64,000 nt of DNA. It comes from Arenicellales bacterium (GTDB lineage Bacteria; Pseudomonadota; Gammaproteobacteria; Arenicellales; JAJDZL01). Shown in pieces: positions 1 to 9,700 of this stretch (positions are counted from its first letter, which is position 1; the number at the start of each line of letters is the position of its first letter). The notes beneath the pieces were generated by a model. The model was not told the DNA's origin. It worked only from the letters and a program-made list of their open reading frames with translations, and did not search any database. The translations under genes and the position numbers were made by a program. The stretch spans positions 194,215-258,214 of the forward strand of contig CBDAUA010000001.1 in the NCBI GenBank assembly GCA_965200425.1, given 5' to 3'.

Positions 1-264
1 ATGACCCACTACTTCTAGTTGTATCTGATTAGCGACTATCTAGCTATCGAAACCAATCAAAGGCAGTAGAAGCCTCATCTCTTACACCCGCCTTTTCGCG
101 GTAATCGACGTGCATACAGTTCAAAATAAAAGTTTCATTTGAAAACTGAAAAGATTTTTTAGCTCTTTTATGTAAAATACCGATTGTGTCAATTTTATAC
201 CTCAGATTAGGTATGGCTGATGGCATTGACACGACATGAATCAAAATTTCTATGGAGGACTTAA

Positions 265-1311
265 ATGAGCATCACTCAACTACTCCGTGACGTTCGTATT
301 CTCACGACATTCGTTGTGGTTTCATTTTTCTTCACTACGTTTGCTTTTGCTAAAGATGAGTTGATCGTCTACACTGCAGTTGAAGCCGACGAATTGGCAA
401 TGTTCGAAAAAGAATTCGAAGCAGACTACCCCGACATTGATCTGCAATGGGGAGCTAGAGATTCCACAGGAATCATCACCGCGAAATTACTCGCGGAAAA
501 GGACAATCCTCAAGCCGATATCGTGTGGGGACTTGCTGCTACTAGTTTGGTATTCTTAGCAAATGAAGGTTACTTCCAAGGATACGCACCAAAAGGGCTA
601 GATCAGTTGGATAGTAAGTATTATGATCCAACAATGGATCCGCCGATTTGGGTTGGACAACGAGCTTGGATCGCATCCATTTGTTTCAATACGGTCGAAG
701 CTGCAAAGCATGGGCTTCCAATGCCTACTTCTTGGCAAGATTTGACTGATTCTGTTTATAAAGGGCACGTCGTAATGCCGAATCCAAATTCTTCAGGTAC
801 TGGATTTTTGGATGTTTCCAGCTGGCTACAGCTGTGGGGCGAGAAAGATGGTTGGAAGTTTATGGATGCCTTACACGAAAACATTGCTTGGTATACACAC
901 TCTGGCTCGAAACCCTGTAAGCAAGCAGCTGCGGGTGAAATCCCAGTTGGTGTTTCCTTCGCATATCGTGGGGCAAAACTAAAGAATCAAGGTGCACCGG
1001 TTGAAGTTATAGCTCCATCCGAAGGAGTCGGTTGGGATTTGGAAGCGTTCGGTATTGTTAAAGGAACCAAGAACTTAGCCGCTGCTCAAGCTCTTGCTGA
1101 TTGGTCAGTTACTCGCAAAGCCAACGAGATCTACAATCGAGAATATGCCGTTGTAGCAATGCCAGGTGTCGCTCAAGAAGTGAAGAATTTCCCACCCGAC
1201 CTTCTTGACAAGATGATAGACAATGACTTTGCTTGGGCCGCTGCCAATCGTCAAAGAATTTTAGCTGAATGGCAAAAACGATATGGTGCTAAATCAGAAC
1301 CGAAATCCTAA
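265..1311 (+). CDS. ABC transporter periplasmic substrate-binding protein, Fe3+/2-aminoethylphosphonate (PhnS2-like) type
   Basis: 348-aa ORF with GGAGG upstream of the ATG. N-terminal signal peptide (ILTTFVVVSFFFTTFAFA, then KDE). Family-1 SBP-like body with segments DSTGIITAKLLAEK and NPNSSGTGFL that I recall from the putative-AEP/ferric SBP family. Followed by a cognate ATPase and a fused permease. The substrate call is from memory, not a search. Confidence 0.75.
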   Translation: MSITQLLRDVRILTTFVVVSFFFTTFAFAKDELIVYTAVEADELAMFEKEFEADYPDIDLQWGARDSTGIITAKLLAEKDNPQADIVWGLAATSLVFLANEGYFQGYAPKGLDQLDSKYYDPTMDPPIWVGQRAWIASICFNTVEAAKHGLPMPTSWQDLTDSVYKGHVVMPNPNSSGTGFLDVSSWLQLWGEKDGWKFMDALHENIAWYTHSGSKPCKQAAAGEIPVGVSFAYRGAKLKNQGAPVEVIAPSEGVGWDLEAFGIVKGTKNLAAAQALADWSVTRKANEIYNREYAVVAMPGVAQEVKNFPPDLLDKMIDNDFAWAAANRQRILAEWQKRYGAKSEPKS

Positions 1312-1364
1312 ATTTCGATTCTAAATCAATCGACAACCAAAACTACCTTATCTCCATTGGTGAG

Positions 1365-1402
1365 AATGGGTGTTGTACATTGATACAACACCCATTTTTT
1401 TT
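1365..1402 (+). terminator. Rho-independent terminator/attenuator between the SBP gene and the ATPase gene
   Basis: Perfect 13-bp stem AATGGGTGTTGTA / TACAACACCCATT with loop CATTGA, followed directly by a T-run (about 8 T). Confidence 0.8.
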
Positions 1403-1422
1403 GATTCAATCCTGAACCCAAC

Positions 1423-2517
1423 ATGCAATTAGATTCGCCTTACCTAGAAATAATTCGCTTAAACAAACGCTTCGGAATCTTTGAAGCGTTGAAGGATATT
1501 GATCTGGAGGTGAATCAAAGTGAGTTGATCTGTTTACTAGGACCATCTGGATGCGGAAAAACCACAGTACTGCGTTGCATTGCAGGACTAGAGACACCTA
1601 CATCAGGTCAAATATTTCAGGATGGGATTGATGTTGCACCTTTACCTCCCGATAAAAGAGATTTTGGAATTGTATTTCAATCCTACGCATTATTTCCCAA
1701 TCTCACTGTCAACGAAAACCTCGCGTTTGGATTGAAAAATCGTAAATTTTCCAAAGATGAAATCGCAAAAAGGATCAAACAGCTCAAAGATACAGTCGGC
1801 TTGCAAGGTCAAGGTGCTAAGTTTCCTAGCCAACTGTCGGGGGGACAACAACAACGAGTGGCATTGTCAAGAGCTCTTGCGACCTCACCAAGTTTGCTTC
1901 TTCTCGACGAACCTCTTTCTGCCTTAGATGCCAAAGTACGTCAGCACCTTCGACGCGAAATTTTGCAACTTCAGCGAAACATCGGCATTACCACCATTCT
2001 CGTCACCCATGATCAGGAAGAGGCTCTGACAATGGGGGATCGCATCGTTGTTATGGATCATGGGGTTATCGCTCAAATTGGTACCCCAGATGAGATTTAC
2101 GGATCTCCTAAATCTGCCTTTGTCGCCGATTTTATCGGTGAAATGAATTTCTTGGCTGGCGTCATGACGAGTCCGGAGCTGGTAATGGTAGATCAAATTG
2201 AATTCTTGTATAAACCTAGTTACAACCCTCAATTCCAGAACGAAAATGTTCACCTTTGTATTCGACCCGAAGACATTGTTATCAATCGCGAATCGACAGA
2301 ACCGAATGGAAACAACACTGCTCTAGCCATCATTCAAAGTACTGAATATTTGGGTTCGATCTATAGAATACGAATGGCATTCAAAATTTCAACTCAAACT
2401 GAGTTTGTCGCGCAAGTACCTCCTGCGAAGATTCGCGATCTCAACTTAGATTCTGGACAGATTGTTGAAGTCGAATTCCCACTAGATCGCTTACACATAT
2501 ACCCACGCAGTACTTGA
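1423..2517 (+). CDS. ABC transporter ATP-binding protein (Fe3+/AEP/polyamine-type, with C-terminal TOBE-like domain)
   Basis: Walker A GPSGCGKT, signature LSGGQQQRV, Walker B LLLLDEP, H-loop VTHD. The stop overlaps the next gene's start (TGATG). Confidence 0.9.
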   Translation: MQLDSPYLEIIRLNKRFGIFEALKDIDLEVNQSELICLLGPSGCGKTTVLRCIAGLETPTSGQIFQDGIDVAPLPPDKRDFGIVFQSYALFPNLTVNENLAFGLKNRKFSKDEIAKRIKQLKDTVGLQGQGAKFPSQLSGGQQQRVALSRALATSPSLLLLDEPLSALDAKVRQHLRREILQLQRNIGITTILVTHDQEEALTMGDRIVVMDHGVIAQIGTPDEIYGSPKSAFVADFIGEMNFLAGVMTSPELVMVDQIEFLYKPSYNPQFQNENVHLCIRPEDIVINRESTEPNGNNTALAIIQSTEYLGSIYRIRMAFKISTQTEFVAQVPPAKIRDLNLDSGQIVEVEFPLDRLHIYPRST

Positions 2518-4235
2518 TGGCGGCTTTCGAAAAGTTAGAATCTTTTGTTGGCCGCAGCCAACAGTACAGTCGCGACGACAAGCTTCAAGGAGGCATTCTA
2601 GCTATATTCGGCGTCACGATACTCATACTAGTATTTTTCCCCTTATGGACAATCCTTTTAAAGAGCATTCAGAACAAAGCCGGAGATTTCGTAGGACTTT
2701 CAAACTATGTAGAGTATTTTCAAACACCTGCACTCGTTGATTCGATCTCTAATACCCTGTTTGTGGGAGTCGTAACAACAGTCATCGTAATAACCTTGGC
2801 GTTTGTTTACGCCTACGCATTAACGCGCAGCTGCATGCCCTTAAAGGGTCTTTTTCGATCCATTGCATTGATTCCGTTGCTTGCACCTTCATTGTTACCC
2901 GCTATAGCACTGGTGTATATGTTTGGCAACCAGGGATTTATGAAGTGGGCGATGTTCGGTTACGAAATTAGAGGTCCGATCGGAATTGTAATTTCACTTA
3001 CTTTTTGGATCTTCCCTCATGTCGTGATGATTTTAACGACGGCACTTTCAACCGCGGATGGCCGATTGTACGAAGCGGCCAAAGTGCTTCGTACAAGTAA
3101 TATTCGAACCCTATTCAAGATTACACTACCTGCTGCCAAGTATGGTGTCATGAGTGCTTGCTTTGTAGCATTTATCTACACCATCACCGATTTTGGTGCT
3201 TGTAAGGTTATTGGTGGTTGGTTCAATGTGCTGTCACTCGACATTTATAAACAAGTCGTTGGTCAGCAAAATTTTCAACTCGGTGCTGTCGTCAGTGTAA
3301 TGATGCTACTTCCCGTCGTCATTACCTTTGCCGCACAACAGCAGGTACAAAGAAGACAAAGCGCTCAAATTACACCTGGTTCGGTTCCTTACGTACCGAA
3401 GCCGAATCGTCGCTTCGATATGATCATGCTGATCTACTGCATTGTAATCAGTGTAATCTTGATTGGTATTCTAGGCACGGCTGCCTATGCTTCTTTCGTT
3501 ACATTCTGGCCCTACAATCTGAGTCTTTCACTGAAAAATTATCAGTTCAATTTGATGGATGGCGGTAGTTGGTTTGCGTATACAAACAGTGTCGTTATGT
3601 CCACGTATACTGCTTTCATCGGTACAGCAATCATCTTTTGTGGTGCGTACTTTATTGAGAAATCGAGAAAATTTTCTGGAACACGCACTTTGCTGAATTT
3701 CTTTGCCTTTGTTCCGCTAGCAACCCCCGGCATGGTGCTAGGTCTAGGATATCTGTTCTTTTTTAATGATCCAAACAATCCATTGAATTTCGTCTACAAG
3801 ACTATGGCTATTTTGGTATTGGCGAATATCGTGCATTACTACACGGTTCCTCATTTGACTGCTGTCACCGCCTTAAAGCAATTGGATAGAGAATTTGAAT
3901 CGGTTTCTGCATCATTAAAAGTGCCGTTCTACAAAACCCTGTGGCGAGTAACTCTACCGATCTGCATGCCAGCAATCTTAAACATTTGGCTGTATCTTTT
4001 CGTGACTGCAATCACCACTGTCTCTGCCGTCGTGTTTCTATACGGCCACAATACCGTCATCGCCGCGGTCGCAGTGTTGAACATGGATGACGCAGGCGAC
4101 GTTGCGCCAGCCGCGGCAATGGGAATGATGATTGTTTATACCGCTGCAGCGGTACGCGTCTTGCACTGGTTCGTGTCTACTTACATAGAACGACGTACTC
4201 AGAAATGGAGAGTGATCAAGGAATTTGGGACTTAA
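2517..4235 (+). CDS. ABC transporter permease, fused double-domain type (PhnU2/FbpB-like)
   Basis: About 572 aa, very hydrophobic, with two repeated permease halves. ATG at 2517 overlaps the upstream TGA (a TTG at 2514 is also in frame). This architecture is typical of ferric and putative-AEP importers. Confidence 0.85.
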   Translation: MAAFEKLESFVGRSQQYSRDDKLQGGILAIFGVTILILVFFPLWTILLKSIQNKAGDFVGLSNYVEYFQTPALVDSISNTLFVGVVTTVIVITLAFVYAYALTRSCMPLKGLFRSIALIPLLAPSLLPAIALVYMFGNQGFMKWAMFGYEIRGPIGIVISLTFWIFPHVVMILTTALSTADGRLYEAAKVLRTSNIRTLFKITLPAAKYGVMSACFVAFIYTITDFGACKVIGGWFNVLSLDIYKQVVGQQNFQLGAVVSVMMLLPVVITFAAQQQVQRRQSAQITPGSVPYVPKPNRRFDMIMLIYCIVISVILIGILGTAAYASFVTFWPYNLSLSLKNYQFNLMDGGSWFAYTNSVVMSTYTAFIGTAIIFCGAYFIEKSRKFSGTRTLLNFFAFVPLATPGMVLGLGYLFFFNDPNNPLNFVYKTMAILVLANIVHYYTVPHLTAVTALKQLDREFESVSASLKVPFYKTLWRVTLPICMPAILNIWLYLFVTAITTVSAVVFLYGHNTVIAAVAVLNMDDAGDVAPAAAMGMMIVYTAAAVRVLHWFVSTYIERRTQKWRVIKEFGT

Positions 4236-4257
4236 ATCACTCTTTTTTTTTCGAAAT

Positions 4258-6696
4258 CTAAGCTCGAAGCCGCCTATTCATAGGATCGTAAGGCGGTTGT
4301 TTCAAAACAGTTGCAGTTCTACGTACGCCCATAATGGGAATATGGAAGGTGGATCCTGGTGTTGCGAATTTCGGCTCGACATAAACGAATGCCAAACTCA
4401 TCTGAGTTCGATGTCCGAATGCTCCACTGCAAACGATGCCCATGGGGCGATCACCGTCTAGAGCAGGCTCATTTCCTAAGCAATCTGCATCAAATGCATC
4501 TACCGCGACCAAAACCAACTTCGTCTGAACTCCTTCTGCCTTACGTTTTAAAACGCTATCTCTTCCGATAAATTCTTTATCGTATTTCACAAATCTTTCT
4601 ATATCGGCCTCAACGGGTGTAATCTCAGTGGTAAGTTCACTACCCCAGCCTTTATAGCCCTTTTCAACACGCATGGAATTGACGGCATAGGAGCCGAACC
4701 AGCTCGCGCCGTATTTGACGCCTTCTCTTGCAAGCGCATCACAAAGATCTGCCATCTCTTCCTTCGCGACATAAAGCTCCCATCCAAGCTCCCCGACATA
4801 GGACACTCGAAGCGCGATGACTGGTATGCTTACAATTTCCATTTCTTTACCGGTTAGCCATGGAAATTCACGATTCCCCAGACTTTCCAATGTCAATTCA
4901 GCTAGCAATTCGCGAGAGCGAGGACCCGCGACGGCGATCATACCCATGTGATCGGTCACATCTTCAATGGTGATGTTTTCGCCCGGCATTCTATGCTGTT
5001 CCAACCAATCCAAATCATGCTGCTGCGCCACGATGGCCGAAGTTAAAAAGTAGCGATCGAGTGACAAATGTGTAATCGCAACCTCGGATTCAATTCCTCC
5101 GAGATCAGTCAACAAATGGGATAGAGCCATGCCGCCCGTGCGTTTTGCAACAGAATTTGCGCCGATTCGATTTAGAAAGTTTTCTGCCCCAGGCCCCGAC
5201 ACGAAATATTTCGAAAACGCAGATAAATCTGCAAAACCTACGCGGCTCTCTACACAATTACACTCCTCAGCGACAAAGGAAAACGTATTGGTTCGGCGAA
5301 ACCCGTATTCTTCTTCAACTCCATGAGGAGCGTACCATTTTGGACGTTCCCAGCCGTAGTACTCGCCAAATACTGCACCTTGACTCTTCAATTTTTCATA
5401 GATGGGTGTTGTTTTGACTGGACGGCCTGCTTCTCGAAATTCTCCTGGAAAATGCACTTGATACATTTGTTGGTATTCATCGATGGATTTTTCGATGACG
5501 TACTTACCGGGTAAGTTGGCAAATTCGCCATAGCGTCTTGGATCCATTTCCCGTACATTGATCTCGGTTTGTCCATGTGCCATCCACTGTGCGAGATATT
5601 TTCCGGCACCCGGGCCCTGTGTAATACCGATGGATGCGCCACAACACAACCAATAATTGGCTAAACCCCCTGCCGGACCGAGTAGATAGCCTCCATCCGG
5701 TGTATGCGTGATCGGACCATTGACGACTCTCTTAATACCTGCAGTCCCAAAAATAGAAACTCTGTCAGCCGCGCGAATTAAACTCAGTTCCAATCGCTCC
5801 AAGGAATCGGGTAACAATTCCATGTCAAAGCCCCAATCAATTCCATCAATACCCCAGGCTTGTGCATTGGCGGTTTCATAAGGCCCCACCAACAATCCCA
5901 TCTGTTCCTGTCGGATGTAGCAAGAAGCAACTGGATCCCGCACTACCGGAGGCTCTCTATCCAAAGCTTTCACCTCAGGGAGATTTTCGGTAACGATGTA
6001 ATGGTGTTCCATATTTACGATCGGTAGTCTGAATCCGGACATTTGTGCTACCTGATCAGCAAAACTGCCGGCGGCGTTTACAACATGTTCGCAGGTAATT
6101 GTTCCTTGTTCAGTTGTAATCTTCCACTCACCGCTTCGAGTTTGTTCAACACCGGTGACGCGATTTCTCCGTACAATTTGGACACCTTTGTTGCGCGCAC
6201 CAAGTGCCATAGAATTGGTGCTGCTCGCAGGATCTGTATGCCCGTCATTCGGAGTATAGAATCCCAGTTTGACATCATGTGTACTGAGCAAGGGATGAAT
6301 TTCTTTCATCTCGGCATGACCCACCAAATGACATTCGATCTCCAAGTAATCAAGAATTCCTTTTACATAATGGAACCAGTCAAGCTCTTGATCTGTCACC
6401 GCGAGTCGCAATGCCCCACATCCGTGCCAGCCTGTGGCTTGACCAGTTTCGGCTTCCAGTCGAGCATACAATTTTGTAGCATAATCGTGGACCTTTGCCA
6501 TGTTTAGACTGCCGATGAAATGAGGTATCAAGCCTGCAGCATGCCAGGTAGAACCTGAAGTCAATTCACCCTTATCAATCAAAACGACATCATCCCAACC
6601 TTCATCGGGTAAATGGTAAGCGAGACTAACTCCCATTGCCCCGCCACCAATGATCACCACCCTCGCGTGTTCTTTCACCTTGAATTCTCCAATCAA
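4258..6696 (-). CDS. FAD-dependent oxidoreductase fused to a GcvT-like folate-binding aminomethyltransferase domain (dimethylglycine/sarcosine dehydrogenase family)
   Basis: 812 aa. N-terminal dinucleotide fold VVIIGGGAMG. SGSTWHAAG segment, the context of the covalent-FAD histidine in the DMGDH/SARDH family. The C-terminal ~350 aa is GcvT-like. Start overlaps the upstream gene's stop by 4 nt. Confidence 0.85.
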   Translation of the reverse strand: MIGEFKVKEHARVVIIGGGAMGVSLAYHLPDEGWDDVVLIDKGELTSGSTWHAAGLIPHFIGSLNMAKVHDYATKLYARLEAETGQATGWHGCGALRLAVTDQELDWFHYVKGILDYLEIECHLVGHAEMKEIHPLLSTHDVKLGFYTPNDGHTDPASSTNSMALGARNKGVQIVRRNRVTGVEQTRSGEWKITTEQGTITCEHVVNAAGSFADQVAQMSGFRLPIVNMEHHYIVTENLPEVKALDREPPVVRDPVASCYIRQEQMGLLVGPYETANAQAWGIDGIDWGFDMELLPDSLERLELSLIRAADRVSIFGTAGIKRVVNGPITHTPDGGYLLGPAGGLANYWLCCGASIGITQGPGAGKYLAQWMAHGQTEINVREMDPRRYGEFANLPGKYVIEKSIDEYQQMYQVHFPGEFREAGRPVKTTPIYEKLKSQGAVFGEYYGWERPKWYAPHGVEEEYGFRRTNTFSFVAEECNCVESRVGFADLSAFSKYFVSGPGAENFLNRIGANSVAKRTGGMALSHLLTDLGGIESEVAITHLSLDRYFLTSAIVAQQHDLDWLEQHRMPGENITIEDVTDHMGMIAVAGPRSRELLAELTLESLGNREFPWLTGKEMEIVSIPVIALRVSYVGELGWELYVAKEEMADLCDALAREGVKYGASWFGSYAVNSMRVEKGYKGWGSELTTEITPVEADIERFVKYDKEFIGRDSVLKRKAEGVQTKLVLVAVDAFDADCLGNEPALDGDRPMGIVCSGAFGHRTQMSLAFVYVEPKFATPGSTFHIPIMGVRRTATVLKQPPYDPMNRRLRA

Positions 6697-7541
6697 ATGA
6701 TGTTGTCAAAATTGATGATGGAATCCTTCATGTCATTGACGGTAGCCAACCCGGATGGCATGACGATTGATTTTCGATATTGTGCCAATGTTTCGGGAGA
6801 GAAGTCCGAATTCGGCAATTGTTCTTTTTCGAAATTGTGAAAATGGTCAACTCCTCGTGCCAACATCGCGGTGTCCTGTCCTCGATTTTTCAACTGAATG
6901 ACATCAGTGGAAATATAGTTAATCGATAGACCAATTCTGGGTCGCTCGGAAGTGTTTGCACCGGAACCGTGAATCACCATGCTATGGTGTAACGAAAACT
7001 GACCTGCTTTCAGTTCGACCGTTAATCTGTTGTCTTGATCTTCTTTGGTCAAGTCAATATTTTGTTCGCTCATCAGCATATTATTTTCGTCTGCGAGGTT
7101 ACTGTGAATTCGCAGCGGTCCTGTATGGCTTCCACGAACCACCTGCATCGCACCATTTTCCACTCGAGCATCGGTTAACCCCAGCCAGACAGTCAACACT
7201 CCATCGGCTGGTTGCAAACCCCAATATCGCAAATCCTGATGCCATCCAACATGAAAAGTGTTCTTCGGTTGTTTTGCGAAAAAAGTAGCACCCCATACCA
7301 AAATATTCGGGCCCAGTATGCATTCAACTTCATCCAAAATTTTGGTATGGCAGCAGATTTGCTGCACCCAGGTTGAAATTAAGTTGGTTTTGAGCAATTG
7401 CTTGGATTCAGTCCAGCTCGACATTCGCTGTTGCAACTCAAAATATTTCGGAATAAGGCTTTGTGCATGATTCACGTCCAATGCGGTGAAGGGGTAAATA
7501 ACCCCTTCTTGCCAGTAGCGATCGACTTCTTGAGGAGTCAT
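6693..7541 (-). CDS. Phytanoyl-CoA dioxygenase (PhyH) family Fe(II)/2-oxoglutarate dioxygenase
   Basis: 282 aa. HxD motif in GWHQDLRYW and a distal His in LHHSMVIHGSGAN. Length and layout are typical of PF05721-type hydroxylases. HxD (not HxA/G) argues for a hydroxylase rather than a halogenase. Confidence 0.8.
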   Translation of the reverse strand: MTPQEVDRYWQEGVIYPFTALDVNHAQSLIPKYFELQQRMSSWTESKQLLKTNLISTWVQQICCHTKILDEVECILGPNILVWGATFFAKQPKNTFHVGWHQDLRYWGLQPADGVLTVWLGLTDARVENGAMQVVRGSHTGPLRIHSNLADENNMLMSEQNIDLTKEDQDNRLTVELKAGQFSLHHSMVIHGSGANTSERPRIGLSINYISTDVIQLKNRGQDTAMLARGVDHFHNFEKEQLPNSDFSPETLAQYRKSIVMPSGLATVNDMKDSIINFDNII

Positions 7542-7598
7542 AGTATGTACCTTTTCTTTGCGCCTATGAAACTAAATCTATCCAGTTCTCTGTACTGC

Positions 7599-8402
7599 TC
7601 AGTTGCGATAACTCCTATCAATTCCGTCTAACTTGCGCAGTAAAGCTGCCCACTCGTAGGTGCCTGCAGGCGCAACTTGTCGATATTGTTCCGCTACATT
7701 TGCACATAGTTCAGGAGTCGGAAAATGAATTTCCAGCCCGGTAGAAAATGCATCCAACTGAGCCCGACAAGAAATTTCCAAGTAGTGCATTCGAATATAG
7801 GCCTCTGCTACCGTAGAGCCGACGGTCATTAAGCCATGATTTCTCATAATCATTACTGGATTATCACCGAGACTCGCCGCCAATCGTTCTCTTTCGTCGA
7901 GATCTAAAGAGAGTCCTTCGTATTCATGGTAAGACACTTGACCGTAAAACTGAAATGCGTCTTGGCAGACCGGAATCAGTCCTTTTTTCAGTGCAGATAC
8001 CGCGAGACCAGCGCGACTGTGCGAGTGCATAACACAATTGACATCTTCACGATGATTGTAAATCGCACTATGAATTACAAACCCCGTGAAGTTGCTATTC
8101 TCGGTATCCAATATTGTTCCATTCGGTGCACGTGGTGGCACGACGACATCTCCATGTTCATCGAGAGTCACCAGATTTGAAGCTGTTATTTCGTCAAATC
8201 GAAGTCCGAATAAGTTGAGTAAAAAATGGTTTGAGTGCCCCGGCACACGAGCACTAATATGATTCCATACGATATCACTAAACCCGTTCAAATCTGCAAG
8301 GCGATGACAAGCAGCGAGATCGATACGTGTTTGACGCTCTTCTTCGCTAATCGATTGCCACTGACCATGTAGTACATTGTTTGCAATTTTGTGACTTTTC
8401 AT
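7599..8402 (-). CDS. Class II aldolase/adducin-head family protein
   Basis: 267 aa. Metal-binding His cluster VMHSHS, a later NHG, and the overall adducin-head-like pattern. This fold family includes aldolases, dehydratases and decarboxylases. Confidence 0.8.
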   Translation of the reverse strand: MKSHKIANNVLHGQWQSISEEERQTRIDLAACHRLADLNGFSDIVWNHISARVPGHSNHFLLNLFGLRFDEITASNLVTLDEHGDVVVPPRAPNGTILDTENSNFTGFVIHSAIYNHREDVNCVMHSHSRAGLAVSALKKGLIPVCQDAFQFYGQVSYHEYEGLSLDLDERERLAASLGDNPVMIMRNHGLMTVGSTVAEAYIRMHYLEISCRAQLDAFSTGLEIHFPTPELCANVAEQYRQVAPAGTYEWAALLRKLDGIDRSYRN

Positions 8403-8443
8403 TGGTCTTACCCAAGTTGTGGATGTTCAACGGAACTTTTTAA

Positions 8444-8466
8444 AAACTGTGAATTTTTCACAGTTT
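8444..8466 (-). terminator. AT-rich hairpin between proV and the aldolase-fold gene (weak terminator or processing site)
   Basis: Perfect 10-bp stem AAACTGTGAA / TTCACAGTTT with a 3-nt loop. On the minus strand it is followed by about 5 T, then an A-run. Confidence 0.35.
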
Positions 8467-8489
8467 ATGATTAATATATTCTATTCTTA

Positions 8490-9677
8490 CTAGGTGCTTT
8501 CTCGTTTGTGCAGTATGGCACTATAGATCTCTTTATTGCTGACAACTCCTGCCACAGTACCGTCTTTTTCACATAAGATAACTGGCTGGTTACTGGCATG
8601 ACGAATTTCAATTGCAGACTTCATGGATATATCGGTTGCCGCGCGATAAAGCAAACCCAATTGTAAATCTGTCTCGGATGACCAAACTTCGGTTGGTAAA
8701 TCACTTCCATTCCGAGTAGCCGCAGACAAGCAACCATCTACTAATTTCAACTCGATATTGTCGTCTTCCAAAAAATAATTTCCTCGGTTGGTATTAAATC
8801 TGGAAATGGGTGTCATTATGGATTTGGCACGTAGAACTCCAACTGGATTCATATGGGCAACAAAATCCGCGACATATTGATTGACAGGATTGAGTACGAT
8901 TTCTTCTGGTGTTCCAAATTGGACAATTCGACCGCTTTCCATAATCGCGATAAAGGTACCGAGCTTGAGAGCTTCATCCAAGTCATGACTCACGAACAAA
9001 ACAGTTTTGTGAAGCCGCTTTTGTAGCTCGAGAAGCTCGTCCTGCAAACGAGATCGAATTAAAGGGTCCAAGGCGGAAAACGGTTCATCCATCAGTAAGA
9101 TATCCGCATCAGTGGCGAAAGCTCTCGCTAAACCTACTCGTTGCTGCATACCTCCTGAGAGTTCGTGCGCATACTTATCCCTCCACTGCAGCAAACCCAC
9201 CATTTCCAATTTTTCGGCGACAACTTTAGTTTGATCAGATTTCTTCATACCTCGAAATTCCAGCCCTAAACCGACATTTTCTGCAACTGTTCGCCATGGT
9301 AGCAAAGCAAACTGCTGAAAGACCATAGAGACTCGGTTCATACGAATTTGACGAAGAGCACTCGAACTAATTTTTGCTACATCGACTTGCTTACTATCGT
9401 GATTCAGAAGAACCTGCCCACGGGTAACCTGATTGAGCCCATTGATTGCTCTCAACAAGGTCGATTTTCCTGATCCTGATAGTCCCATGATCACGCAGAT
9501 ATCGCCTTTTTGAACCGAAAGTGAGGCCTCACAAACGGCTATCACGGTTTCCGTCTCGGTTAGAATTTCGTCTCGAGTCGCGCCTTGCTCAAGAAGTTTA
9601 GTGGCTTCTTGTTCTCGCTTGCCAAATATGATATCGACATTGCGAAGCTCGATCTCAGGATGGCTAGATTTTTGCAT
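8490..9677 (-). CDS. proV: Glycine betaine/proline betaine-type ABC transporter ATP-binding protein with C-terminal tandem CBS region
   Basis: 395 aa. Walker A GLSGSGKST, signature LSGGMQQRV, Walker B ILLMDEP. The ~120-aa C-terminal extension is typical of ProV/OpuAA. Confidence 0.85.
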   Translation of the reverse strand: MQKSSHPEIELRNVDIIFGKREQEATKLLEQGATRDEILTETETVIAVCEASLSVQKGDICVIMGLSGSGKSTLLRAINGLNQVTRGQVLLNHDSKQVDVAKISSSALRQIRMNRVSMVFQQFALLPWRTVAENVGLGLEFRGMKKSDQTKVVAEKLEMVGLLQWRDKYAHELSGGMQQRVGLARAFATDADILLMDEPFSALDPLIRSRLQDELLELQKRLHKTVLFVSHDLDEALKLGTFIAIMESGRIVQFGTPEEIVLNPVNQYVADFVAHMNPVGVLRAKSIMTPISRFNTNRGNYFLEDDNIELKLVDGCLSAATRNGSDLPTEVWSSETDLQLGLLYRAATDISMKSAIEIRHASNQPVILCEKDGTVAGVVSNKEIYSAILHKREST

Positions 9678-9700
9678 CGTGCACCGAGCCTTCGCTAATT

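Noticed and set aside
44-244. 66-aa minus-strand ORF at the window edge
   Set aside because: It has no RBS, no motif and an AT-rich promoter-like context upstream of the SBP gene. It is probably non-coding.
6043-6507. 154-aa plus-strand ORF inside the DMGDH-like gene
   Set aside because: It lies entirely antisense to a well-supported 812-aa gene, has a low-complexity Cys/Phe-rich translation and carries no motif. This is a typical shadow ORF.
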